From positions 1-59,594 of the forward strand of contig JAYGDO010000598.1 in NCBI GenBank assembly GCA_046582885.1: a stretch of DNA of 59,594 nt, read 5' to 3'. Positions 29,441-39,579 of this stretch are shown here, piece after piece. The position numbers and the translations under genes were made by a program. Each line of letters begins with the position of its first letter. The first letter of the stretch is position 1. The notes below the pieces were generated by a model, which did no database searches, was not told where the DNA came from, and saw nothing but the letters and a program-made list of their open reading frames with translations. Origin of the DNA: Pirellulales bacterium. Its GTDB lineage: Bacteria > Planctomycetota > Planctomycetia > Pirellulales > UBA7805.

Positions 29441-30073
29441 TTACTTTAAACCGGCTAAAAAATCGTTCAGATCGTCGTCGTCGCTGCCTGATTCACCGGC
29501 GGATCCGATGGGTTCCGCTTCGAAGTCGGTGGTTTCCGCGTCGGCCTTCTTTTTAGGATTTTGCTTTGCTCCGTTTGCTTCTTTCGTCGCGTCTGTTTCT
29601 TTCTTTTCGCCCAAAGACGAGTCTTTTTTCTCGGGCTTCGGTTTCTTAGGGGGTCTCGCTTCTTTTTTGGTTTTAGGCTGTTCGTTGGAAAAATCGATGA
29701 ACGATTCACTGTCGCCCATCGTGGTAAATTCGCCGTCAGCTTCGGCCGTGGGTGGCATGATTCCGTCGTCAACCGGGTCGTTGCCGATCACCAGTTTGAA
29801 GGTTGCGGATCCGACAGTTAGGTGGTCACCCGACTCCAGTGCAGCCTCGTTGACACGTATTTCACCCACAAAGGTCCCGTTTAATGAGCCAAGATCGCGG
29901 ATGCACAGCGTTCCTTCCACCTCGTAAAACTCGCAATGCAGCCGACTAATCATCGGATGCGCTAGTGTTAAGTCCGCTTCCTTGCCGCGACCAATCGTCA
30001 TCGGCAATTTCTTCAGCTTGATGACGGTCGGCTCTGGGTCATCGCCGACCAGAAAGAGTTTGGCATCAATCAT
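29441..30073 (-). CDS. FHA domain protein with Lys/Glu-rich disordered acidic tail
   Basis: TIGRGKEADLTLAHPMISRLHCEF...IRDLGSLNGTFVG is a canonical FHA core. Confidence 0.85.
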   Translation of the reverse strand: MIDAKLFLVGDDPEPTVIKLKKLPMTIGRGKEADLTLAHPMISRLHCEFYEVEGTLCIRDLGSLNGTFVGEIRVNEAALESGDHLTVGSATFKLVIGNDPVDDGIMPPTAEADGEFTTMGDSESFIDFSNEQPKTKKEARPPKKPKPEKKDSSLGEKKETDATKEANGAKQNPKKKADAETTDFEAEPIGSAGESGSDDDDLNDFLAGLK

Positions 30074-30357
30074 CGGACTATCCGGTTTACGGGCCCGCGG
30101 TGGCGACTACGGCCCGCCGGGAAACCGACCGCATTGTCGACACAACCCCTTATCCTAACTGTGCAAAACGGTGACCGCAATGACTGAGGCGTGGTGGCAA
30201 TGGCAGCGTTGACCGCAGTGGCGTCAGATTTTTGGAAAAGTGGTACCGGCACCAAAGGAAAGACCTTATTACCTAAGGGTTTCCGCGACGGTGCGTACCC
30301 CTTGACGGAAGGTATCACAAAGTTTTAACCTGCCGTACCGGGGTGGGCCGATTGACC

Positions 30358-30385
30358 TTGCGGCTTGGTCAGCCAGCCTTATAAT
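30358..30385 (+). promoter_or_regulatory. Possible sigma70-type promoter (TTGCGG, 16 nt spacer, TATAAT) upstream of tRNA-Gly
   Basis: Perfect TATAAT at 30380..30385, about 80 nt upstream of the tRNA. The -35 element is weak. Confidence 0.3.
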
Positions 30386-30463
30386 CCGCCGATTCCAAGT
30401 TCTTACCCAACCGGCGCTGCTGGTCGTGTAGGAGTCTCGTCACGGATTACGCCACAAATCGCT

Positions 30464-30536
30464 GCGGGTGTAGCTCAGTTGGCAGAGCACAACGTTGCCA
30501 ACGTTGTTGTCGTGGGTTCGAATCCCATCACCCGCT
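30464..30536 (+). tRNA. tRNA-Gly (anticodon GCC)
   Basis: Hand-folded cloverleaf: acceptor GCGGGTG/CACCCGC, D arm GCTC/GAGC, anticodon stem CAACG/CGTTG with loop TTGCCAA, T arm GTGGG-TTCGAAT-CCCAT. 73 nt, CCA not encoded. Confidence 0.9.
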
Positions 30537-30621
30537 CTTTTTTGAGCTCCATCGTATACCCGACGCGCCGGTCGAATACCTCACGGACGGTTTGGGTTGT
30601 TGACACAACTAGGCAAACATC

Positions 30622-32124
30622 ATGTCCACCGACGAATTAGACGCAGAAGAACTGAAAAAGAGCGATGCAGATCGAGAAACCAATGAAGCCCCAGATCCGC
30701 TAAAGCTGGAAATTTCGGTCAAGGAGATTAATGCCTGCCAACGGTACGTGACGGTGACGATCCCGCGCGAGGATATCGACCGCTATTATAACGACGCCTT
30801 CAGCGAAATGATGGAAACGGCTGCCGTGCCGGGATTTCGCGTGGGCCGTGCGCCGCGAAAATTGATCGAATCACGGTTTCGAAAGGACGTCAAGGATCAA
30901 GTCAAGGGTTCGCTGTTGATGGACAGCATGTCGCAGGTGAACGAAGAACAAGATTTCGCCGCCATCAGCGAACCGGAACTTGACGTGGAAGCCATCGACG
31001 TGCCGGACGAAGGCGAGATGACATTTGAGTTCAAACTCGAAGTGCGGCCCGAATTCGACTTGCCCGAGTGGAAGGGGCTCAGCATCGAACGTCCCGAAGC
31101 CGATTTTTCGGATAAGGAGATCGAAAAGCATCTACGGCAAGTTTTGGAATCGTACGGTCGCCGTGTGCCCAGTAGCGATCCGGCCGAGGAAGGCGACTAC
31201 CTGACCGTCAATATCACCGTCAGCAGCGGCGAAGATACGGTTAATGAAATCGCGGAACAGTCGGTTTGCATTCGACCGACGTTGAGCTTTCATGACGGCA
31301 AAATCGAAAAATTTGATAAGCTCCTGAACGGCGTGAAGGTGGGCGAATCACGCGAAGCGGAAATGCAGGTTAGCGGGGACGCGACGAATGAAGATTTGGC
31401 TGGCAAGAAGGCCTCAATCAAATTCGAGGTGTTGGACATCAAGAAATTTGAACCGCCCGAGTTGACCAAGGATCTGCTCGAAGAGCTTGGCGGTTTCGAC
31501 GGCGAAGGTGCGCTGCGCGACGCGATCAGAGACAATCTTGAGCGGCAGTTGGAATACGACCAACAACGGCGCGCGCGCGAGCAGATTACCAAGACGTTGA
31601 CTGAAGCGGCCAATTGGGAATTACCACCCGATTTGCTTGCCCGACAGAGTCATCGGGAGTTAGAGCGGGCCGTGCTGGAATTGCGGCGGAGTGGCTTTGC
31701 GGAGGCTGAAATACAAGCCTATGCGAACGATCTACGACAAAACAGCCAGGAAAGAACTGCCCAGGCGCTGCGCGAGCATTTTATCCTCGAACGCATTGCC
31801 GAAGATCAGGATATCGACGCCGACGAAGAGGACTTCGATAACGAAATCACGCTGCTCGCGATGCAGGGTGGCGAATCTCCGCGGCGGGTGCGTGCTCGCA
31901 TCGAAAAAGACAACCTGGCGGACGCACTGCGGAATCAGATCATCGAGCGCAAAGTTATCGACGCTGTCCGCGCAGAGGCCAAATTCAAAAAGACAAAATT
32001 CAAAGCCGAGAGCGGTGATATCGAGCCGTTGAAGTTCTCGGCCACTGGTGGCGACCAGGAAGAAATTCCCGTTGCCGAACACGGCGAACTCGAAGCGCTC
32101 GTCGAACCGAAGGATCATACATAG
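30622..32124 (+). CDS. tig: Trigger factor
   Basis: VPGFRVGRAPRKLIESRF ribosome-binding/N-domain signature, 500 aa, and the position upstream of clpP. Confidence 0.92.
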   Translation: MSTDELDAEELKKSDADRETNEAPDPLKLEISVKEINACQRYVTVTIPREDIDRYYNDAFSEMMETAAVPGFRVGRAPRKLIESRFRKDVKDQVKGSLLMDSMSQVNEEQDFAAISEPELDVEAIDVPDEGEMTFEFKLEVRPEFDLPEWKGLSIERPEADFSDKEIEKHLRQVLESYGRRVPSSDPAEEGDYLTVNITVSSGEDTVNEIAEQSVCIRPTLSFHDGKIEKFDKLLNGVKVGESREAEMQVSGDATNEDLAGKKASIKFEVLDIKKFEPPELTKDLLEELGGFDGEGALRDAIRDNLERQLEYDQQRRAREQITKTLTEAANWELPPDLLARQSHRELERAVLELRRSGFAEAEIQAYANDLRQNSQERTAQALREHFILERIAEDQDIDADEEDFDNEITLLAMQGGESPRRVRARIEKDNLADALRNQIIERKVIDAVRAEAKFKKTKFKAESGDIEPLKFSATGGDQEEIPVAEHGELEALVEPKDHT

Positions 32125-32236
32125 CGTAGAAACCGTTTTTGGGTGGGCGAGGTTCCTGCTGGGCCGTTCGCCGGCTCGCCGGGGATTCCGTCCTCCCGAC
32201 TTTGAAATGACTTCTACCAAGACAGAAGGATCGACC

Positions 32237-32911
32237 ATGAATTACAGTTCCCTTCTTCAAGACGCTTCACAGCTTCTGCCACGCGCCGAACAAATACCCT
32301 TCGATCCGCAATTGGCCAATCGCGACATGCAGCGGCAGCGGTGGATGACACTCGGCGATATGCTGCTGGAGAATCGCATCATCTTTTTGCAGGGTCCGAT
32401 CCACGACGGCAATGCCAACGAATTGATTATGAAAATGCTCTACCTGCAGAGCGAAAACCGTCGCAAGGATATCAGTTTTTACATCAACTCGCCGGGCGGT
32501 AGCGTCAGTGCGACGTTGGCGGTTTACGACACGATGCAGATTCTCGGTTGCCACGTGGCGACCTATTGTGTCGGCTTGGCGGCCAGCGGTGGCGCGGTGT
32601 TGTTGGCGGGCGGTGCGAAGAAAAAACGATACATCCTACCGCATGCAAAAGTGATGATTCACCAGCCGTATGGGCAAGTTGGCGGCCAAGTGTCCGACAT
32701 TGAAATCCAAGCTGACGAAATTCTCAAGACGCGCGATCTATTGAATAAGGTTCTATCTGAGCACACCGGGCAAACCATTGAACAAATCTCGAAGGACACC
32801 GACCGCGATTTTTATATGAGTTCGGGTGATGCCAAGGAATATGGTGTCGTTGACGAGATTCTCGAAAAACCGCCCGGCGCGGACGAGGACGAGGACGACG
32901 ACGAAGATTAG
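32237..32911 (+). CDS. clpP: ATP-dependent Clp protease proteolytic subunit, divergent paralog with acidic C-terminal tail
   Basis: [17 protein letters not shown] (Ser), MIHQP (His), DTDRD (Asp). The ATG at 32237 follows GAAGGA; an alternative ATG is at 32207. The ORF track start at 32048 overlaps tig. Confidence 0.85.
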   Translation: MNYSSLLQDASQLLPRAEQIPFDPQLANRDMQRQRWMTLGDMLLENRIIFLQGPIHDGNANELIMKMLYLQSENRRKDISFYINSPGGSVSATLAVYDTMQILGCHVATYCVGLAASGGAVLLAGGAKKKRYILPHAKVMIHQPYGQVGGQVSDIEIQADEILKTRDLLNKVLSEHTGQTIEQISKDTDRDFYMSSGDAKEYGVVDEILEKPPGADEDEDDDED

Positions 32912-33034
32912 TGGCTGGCACCTGCCGGAAATAAAAGGATCGAAAAACCGCGACGGCCGCGGAGAGCCATCGTAAATAGAGAGCAAGTTTGGTGTCGCGC
33001 GGGAGCGAGTCAAGTTAACCGGAGTAACGACCAA

Positions 33035-33625
33035 ATGCCTTTGATACCTTACGTTATCGAAAAGAGCGGCCGCGAAGAGCGGGCGATGGACATTTACAGC
33101 CGGTTGCTGGCGGATCGAATTGTCTTTCTCGGCACAGCAGTCGGAGACGAGGTGGCAAATGCCATCGTGGCCCAAATGCTCTTTTTACAGTCCGACGACG
33201 CCAAGGCGGAAATCCACTTTTATATCAATTCGCCGGGCGGCAGCGTCAGTGCGGGATTGGCGATTTATGACACGATGCAACTGATAACCTGCGAGGTATC
33301 GACCTATTGCATCGGGCAATGCGCCTCGATGGGCGCAGTGCTGTTGTCCGCCGGTGCCGCCGGCAAGCGCCACGCGCTGCCCAATTCGCGGATCATGATC
33401 CATCAGCCGTTAGCCGGTATGGAAGGCACCGCCGAGGACATCATGATTCACGCCAAGGAGTTCAAAAAGACAAAAAATCGGCTCAATCAGATTCTACTCA
33501 GGCACACCGGCCAGCCGCTTGCAAAGATCGAAAAAGACACCGACCGCGATCGCTTCATGGATCCAGAAGAAGCGTTGGAATACAAGCTTGTCGACCGTAT
33601 CGTAGAACGCATGGAAGACGTTTAG
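33035..33625 (+). CDS. clpP: ATP-dependent Clp protease proteolytic subunit (canonical)
   Basis: [44 protein letters not shown]. Confidence 0.93.
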   Translation: MPLIPYVIEKSGREERAMDIYSRLLADRIVFLGTAVGDEVANAIVAQMLFLQSDDAKAEIHFYINSPGGSVSAGLAIYDTMQLITCEVSTYCIGQCASMGAVLLSAGAAGKRHALPNSRIMIHQPLAGMEGTAEDIMIHAKEFKKTKNRLNQILLRHTGQPLAKIEKDTDRDRFMDPEEALEYKLVDRIVERMEDV

Positions 33626-33636
33626 TCGAGGCAATT

Positions 33637-34656
33637 ATGAAACAATGCCAAGGATGGCAGCTCTTGGCGCTCGCTGCGCTGATGGTGGCCGGTTGTCGCG
33701 CGCCTCAGGGACAGGCGCCGCTCGAGCGGGAACTCCGTTATCAGGAGGATATGATTTACGAACTGCAGGACTACCTGCAGACGTATCGGTCGCAACTGCG
33801 CAATTGCCAGGCGGAAAACAGGCGATTGCAGGAACAATCCGAAAGTGGCCGGCCCGGTTCCTCGCGAGGATTTCCGCCGGAGGTCGAGGGCACCGATCGA
33901 CCTGATGACGGGTTAGCACCGCCCGATGTTGAGCTTCCCGGCGTCGAAATTCCTGGCGTGGACGACAGCGCATCGCTCCGCCACGATGAACCAGCTCAAA
34001 TTGGCGCCCTATCGAACCCGCGCGACTGGCCTGCCGATAGGCAGATCGTGCGGCTTGCCTTGCAGAACGCTCGGGGAACTGTTTCTGGCGGCGTGCAAGT
34101 TGTGGTGCAACCGCGGAATGTTGCGGGCCAGATCGTACCAGCGGCGGGCCATTTTTCTGTAGCGGCATTGGACCTGGCCGCGACGACCGAGGAACACGCG
34201 CGGCTGGCGCGGTGGCATTTCAGCCCAGAACAAACCGCGCTGCTCGTCAAAGAAACAAAGGTCGGCAGCGGTGCAGAAATTGATCTGTTGTGGCCGGACG
34301 ACACGCCAAAAAATACCGAGCTGCAATTGTTCGCTCGGATCATCACGGACGACGGACGCCGGATTCAATCGGAGATTCCGCTGTCTCTGTTGACACAGGA
34401 ACAAGTCGTCCGGCAACCAGCCGACGCATCACCATCGTTCACCCCGCGCCGATCGGCACCGCCTGCGGACTGGGGACCACGAACATCGCCGCTTCCAGAG
34501 GCTCTGCAGGTAGAACCGGATCAAATTGATCGGCGGCGCCAACATTTAGAAACTCCGCGGACGTTGATCGAAAGAGAAGCCGCCGAACGGCAAAAAACCG
34601 ACGCAGATCGCCCGCCGCGCGCCGCCGCGCGGCCGAAGTGGTCACCGTATCGTTAA
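33637..34656 (+). CDS. Hypothetical lipoprotein (coiled-coil N-terminal region, Pro/Arg-rich tail)
   Basis: MKQCQGWQLLALAALMVAGC lipobox. The ORF track extension to 33307 overlaps clpP in another frame and is ignored. Confidence 0.6.
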   Translation: MKQCQGWQLLALAALMVAGCRAPQGQAPLERELRYQEDMIYELQDYLQTYRSQLRNCQAENRRLQEQSESGRPGSSRGFPPEVEGTDRPDDGLAPPDVELPGVEIPGVDDSASLRHDEPAQIGALSNPRDWPADRQIVRLALQNARGTVSGGVQVVVQPRNVAGQIVPAAGHFSVAALDLAATTEEHARLARWHFSPEQTALLVKETKVGSGAEIDLLWPDDTPKNTELQLFARIITDDGRRIQSEIPLSLLTQEQVVRQPADASPSFTPRRSAPPADWGPRTSPLPEALQVEPDQIDRRRQHLETPRTLIEREAAERQKTDADRPPRAAARPKWSPYR

Positions 34657-34783
34657 GGGAATCCCCCGTAGTTTGTTGCGAAAATATTCCATGCCGAGCA
34701 GAAATCGACGATCAAGATTCCGGACCTGCCACGGTCACGACCCAGCATAAAACGATCACAGCGAGTACACCCGTAACCCGCGA

Positions 34784-35914
<1,131 letters not shown>

Positions 35915-35941
35915 TCAAAACCTTTTCAAGCCAGGGGTAGC

Positions 35942-36586
35942 GTGACCGTGCCTGTTTCGTCACCGCAACTAAGTTATGCTGATCCGGTTCAGTCCGCGAC
36001 AGATTTTTCCATCCAGGTAAATTTGGAAAGACTTTTTCGGGGTGAACGGAGGGGCGAGGTTGCTGCGAAGCAACCCAGATCCAGCAGGAGTGTCATGTTT
36101 GCAGATTTGTGTAATCAGCCATCAAACCAGCGAGGAACAGGAGAGATGACGGAACTGCGTGGCAGTACCGGTGACCAGCAGCGAGACATGGACGCTCGAG
36201 AAGCGTTAGTCGAAGACAGCCTCGCGTTGGTATTTGAAGCGTACGACCGTGCCGCTGCGGACGGTGTTGTCGTGCCGGTTATCTTTCTGATGGATTGCGA
36301 AGACGAAATCGGCGCAGAAATTGCGCGGGCCTGGGACGGTGACGACGCTGTAGATGCGGCGCTTTTGCCGGAACGGGAGCAGGATGCCGAAGAAGGCACC
36401 TCGTCGCTGGTGACAGTTCTCTCGCGGCCTGCGGACTTTGAAGACTGCCAGCGTGAGCTACCGGAGTTGTTTCCTTACCTGGCGGCCAGTTTCGAGCGAC
36501 CGCCAACCGCAGGAATTCTGGTCGTGGTCGTTGCCTTCGGCGGTGCCGGGACGTTTACCGTGCCGCATGACGCCCGCGACTCCTAG
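35942..36586 (+). CDS. Hypothetical acidic protein (start uncertain)
   Basis: Only ORF-level support. The plausible folded part begins around LVEDSLALVFEAYDRAAADGVVVPVIFLMD. No recognised motif. Confidence 0.4.
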   Translation: MTVPVSSPQLSYADPVQSATDFSIQVNLERLFRGERRGEVAAKQPRSSRSVMFADLCNQPSNQRGTGEMTELRGSTGDQQRDMDAREALVEDSLALVFEAYDRAAADGVVVPVIFLMDCEDEIGAEIARAWDGDDAVDAALLPEREQDAEEGTSSLVTVLSRPADFEDCQRELPELFPYLAASFERPPTAGILVVVVAFGGAGTFTVPHDARDS

Positions 36587-36604
36587 AGCGATACGACGGC
36601 AGCA

Positions 36605-36925
36605 TTACGACGCAAGCATTTTCTCCAGCGCCTCCATGCCGGTCATGCCGGGCCCGATCCCAAGTTGCGAAGCCGCCTCGCTGGTGGCGACAATTTTCGC
36701 TTCGTAAAGATCTTCCGGCTGCCGCAGCGGACATACCGGCGTGCCTTTGGCGATCGCAATCGCCATGCCGAATTCGTTGGCGCAGGCGATGTCGTAGATG
36801 CCGCAGCCAACAATTCCTTTGCCGGTGTGAATGGCACAGTATTGGCCGCCTTCCCAACTGTAGCTGGCACCGATCGCTTCGCCGTGGGGAGTATTCAACG
36901 TCCGCTGATCCGCATTGGGTAACAT
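36605..36925 (-). CDS. DUF1805 (YunC-like) small protein
   Basis: GKGIVGCGIYDIACANEFGMAIAIAKG..LGIGPGMTGMEALEKML resembles B. subtilis YunC as I recall it. Start is the ATG at 36925 or the GTG at 36964; the ORF track start at 37147 overlaps actP. Confidence 0.6.
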   Translation of the reverse strand: MLPNADQRTLNTPHGEAIGASYSWEGGQYCAIHTGKGIVGCGIYDIACANEFGMAIAIAKGTPVCPLRQPEDLYEAKIVATSEAASQLGIGPGMTGMEALEKMLAS

Positions 36926-36978
36926 GTTCACCGCACAATCTCCACCGGACAAGATTTCCGCGACATACCAGCCAGCCT

Positions 36979-39054
36979 TTACGCATCGCCGTCCAGCGCG
37001 GGCTGGCGTGTGAGCAGCGAGACAACGACCAGCGTCACGAAGCCCAGCGGTATCGTGACGATGCCGGGTTGGCTGAAGGGCACGAAGCCTCCGTGGTTTG
37101 GCAGACCGTAAACTTTTGAAAACGTGTCGCCGCTGAGCAGAATCCACGCCAGCGAACTCGTCATGCCGACGACCACACCGGCGATAACACCTTGCCGGGT
37201 GACGCCTTTCCAGAACAAGATTGTCACCAGCGCCGGCAGGTTTGCAGAGGCGGCGACGCTGAAAGCCCAGCCGACCAGGTAACTGACATTCATGCCCTGG
37301 AAGACAATTCCCAGCACGATCGCCACCGCTCCGACGACGACCGAGGTGATCTTGGCGACGCGGACTTGTTGGTGATCGTCAAGTTTGATGCCCATGACGC
37401 TCGTTACCAAATCGTGCGTTACGGCGCCAGCCGAGGCCAGTATAAGACCGCTGACCGTTCCCAGCACCGTTGTGAAAGCGATCGCCGAGATAATCGCAAA
37501 CAGCCACTCGTTCATGCTCTTGGCCAACAGCGGCGCAGCCATGTTGCTGGAGGTCACGTCCATCGAACCGCTGGTCATCGCGCCCAGGCCGAGATATAGC
37601 GTGAGGACGTAAAAGAACCCGATGCTGCCGATGCCGACGATGGTGCTCTTGCGGGCGCTCGCCGCGTCTTTGACCGTATAGTACCGGATGAGAATATGCG
37701 GCAGCGATGCGGTACCGCAAAACAGCGCCAGCATGAGCGACAAAAAATTGATCTTATTTATGAGCTTGTCGCTACGGATGCCTTTAAAGCTGGGATGCTC
37801 ACCGGGCCGCAACACTTGGCTGCCGGGCGTCGGCTTTTGAAAGTAAACGGTCGTCGTATCGCCGCCGTCCTCGATCTTGGTGTTGCCCCACAGCACCACT
37901 TCGCTTGCCTGCAGTGTGCTAAAGAACTCCATTGGACCAAGCGGTCCCGTTTTTTCTTTGTTGTCGGGCAGCCGCGTGATATTGCCGACCGGATACAATT
38001 CGGCTCGACGCGCGTTCTCGCCATCTCCGATTTTCTTACCTTTGAGCTGGCCGTTGACCAACTCTTTGCCATCGGCGGTCATGGTTCGCGTTTGAGCTTC
38101 ATAGACCTCCAACTCGTTACCCTTGTTTCCGGAGATGCTCCACACGGAAACCGCTTCGGTCGCATGGTCTCGGATTTGAATGAACGGCTTGTTGCGCCAG
38201 TTGTCTTCGAGCGGCACCGCTGTGGAGTTTTGAAATCGGGGTAACCGCTCAATTTCTGCCAGCTCAACACGCCACATCGTCGTGTTGCCGGTTTCGGCAT
38301 CCGCCAACCGGACAATCGGCACATTGGGCCAGTTGCCGGACTTCTCAAACTCGTCTGCTTCAGTTTTTGGGATGATGACCCCCGCGACCGGCCCGGTCGA
38401 TATAAAAACGTGGCGGTCATCTCCGCCGGGCGCCGTGTCGAAGCCGCGGGCCAGAATCAAAATGGTCAACACCGCGCTGAAAATCACCAGCAGGGAGCCT
38501 TTCAAAAACTGCACCCAGGTCGTCGAAACCATGCCCGCGGTGACGACGATAACGATGACGACTGTGCCGACGATCAACACACCATGCCAGTGCTCTAAAC
38601 CTAATAGCGGCTGGATCAAGACGCCCGCGCCGACCATCTGCGGAATCAGGTAGAAGATGCTTACCGCCAGCGTGCTGATCCCTGCCGCCAATTTGATGCC
38701 GCGCGAATTGAACTTAGCGTCCAGCGCGTCGGCGAACGTGAATTTTCCCAGCCGCTTCATCGGCTCTGCAATTACAAACAGGGCGACAATCCAGCCGGCT
38801 AGATAGCCAATCGAATACAGGAAGCCGTCGTAACCATAGAACGCGATCATGCCGCAGATTCCCAGGAACGAAGCGGCGGATAAGTAATCGCCTGCGAAAG
38901 CGATCCCGTTAACGAACCAGGGAATCTGCCCGTGCGCGGCGAAGTAACCTTTCGGCGATTTGGCGCGGCTGCCGAGGTAGAAACTCAGCCCCAGCGTAAT
39001 GGCCACGAATAGAGCAAAAACGGCAACGGCTTCAAAGGTTGCTTCGTAGATCAC
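36979..39054 (-). CDS. actP: Cation/acetate symporter ActP-like (SSF family) with a large soluble insertion
   Basis: GICGMIAFYGYDGFLYSIGY, GTASLPHILIRYYTVKDAASARKS. It follows a DUF485 gene with a GTGA overlap. 691 aa, against the roughly 550 aa I recall for E. coli ActP. Confidence 0.82.
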   Translation of the reverse strand: MIYEATFEAVAVFALFVAITLGLSFYLGSRAKSPKGYFAAHGQIPWFVNGIAFAGDYLSAASFLGICGMIAFYGYDGFLYSIGYLAGWIVALFVIAEPMKRLGKFTFADALDAKFNSRGIKLAAGISTLAVSIFYLIPQMVGAGVLIQPLLGLEHWHGVLIVGTVVIVIVVTAGMVSTTWVQFLKGSLLVIFSAVLTILILARGFDTAPGGDDRHVFISTGPVAGVIIPKTEADEFEKSGNWPNVPIVRLADAETGNTTMWRVELAEIERLPRFQNSTAVPLEDNWRNKPFIQIRDHATEAVSVWSISGNKGNELEVYEAQTRTMTADGKELVNGQLKGKKIGDGENARRAELYPVGNITRLPDNKEKTGPLGPMEFFSTLQASEVVLWGNTKIEDGGDTTTVYFQKPTPGSQVLRPGEHPSFKGIRSDKLINKINFLSLMLALFCGTASLPHILIRYYTVKDAASARKSTIVGIGSIGFFYVLTLYLGLGAMTSGSMDVTSSNMAAPLLAKSMNEWLFAIISAIAFTTVLGTVSGLILASAGAVTHDLVTSVMGIKLDDHQQVRVAKITSVVVGAVAIVLGIVFQGMNVSYLVGWAFSVAASANLPALVTILFWKGVTRQGVIAGVVVGMTSSLAWILLSGDTFSKVYGLPNHGGFVPFSQPGIVTIPLGFVTLVVVSLLTRQPALDGDA

Positions 39055-39302
39055 TCGGTGCCTCCCTTCTCGGCCTCTTCGTCGTCAGACGATTTGCAAA
39101 GCCAGCCGTACAGCAGCGCCAGCACCAGCGCGACGATGATCAGACCGAATCCGTAAAGGATCGCCAGATTAACGCCCGCCAGAGGCGTCCGCTCCATCGT
39201 CTCCGGCGAGAACGCGCTCAAGAAAACAAAGCCACCATAGAGGAGTAAGTACAAAGCGAATAGAACGAGGCCAATTCGAGAATTATATTTTTCCATCAGC
39301 AA
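39051..39302 (-). CDS. DUF485 (YjcH-like) small membrane protein
   Basis: 83 aa, two TM helices, immediately upstream of actP and overlapping it, as in yjcH-actP. Confidence 0.8.
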   Translation of the reverse strand: MLMEKYNSRIGLVLFALYLLLYGGFVFLSAFSPETMERTPLAGVNLAILYGFGLIIVALVLALLYGWLCKSSDDEEAEKGGTE

Positions 39303-39400
39303 CCTTCCGCATCTTCAGGGCACAAGTACGGCAGAGGTAGCAGGATAAGGCGTGCCGCCGCGATTCGCAACCGACCGAAGATGCTTGGCGGGATTTTGTC

Positions 39401-39429
39401 GGGCAATACGAACGAAATTAACGTATTGC
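39401..39429. promoter_or_regulatory. 9-bp perfect inverted repeat GGCAATACG-N11-CGTATTGCC in a divergent promoter region
   Basis: Read directly from the sequence. Lies between the DUF485-actP operon and the ThuA-like gene. Confidence 0.3.
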
Positions 39430-39579
39430 CGGACGCGACTAGTACCTAGCGGTCGCTGCCTCGATTATAATCCGGCAGCCAAAATTTTAATCCGCTGCGG
39501 CGGCGGGCGCGTTTCGCACGTCAATCCCTTACCGCCGCTTCGGGTTACTGACAGCCTGCAAACAAACAGGAGATTTCCG

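Noticed and set aside
32048-32236. Upstream extension of the first clpP ORF
   Set aside because: It overlaps the end of tig in another frame, and its translation (RKKFPLPNTANSKRSSNRR...) is not ClpP-like. Internal ATGs at 32207 and 32237 are better starts, and 32237 has an SD-like GAAGGA.
33307-33636. N-terminal 110 aa of the 449-aa ORF overlapping clpP2
   Set aside because: It is out of frame within a canonical clpP and Arg-rich. A clean lipoprotein signal starts at the ATG at 33637.
36926-37147. Upstream extension of the DUF1805 ORF
   Set aside because: It overlaps the 3' end of actP, and its translation is Arg-rich and unlike YunC-type proteins.
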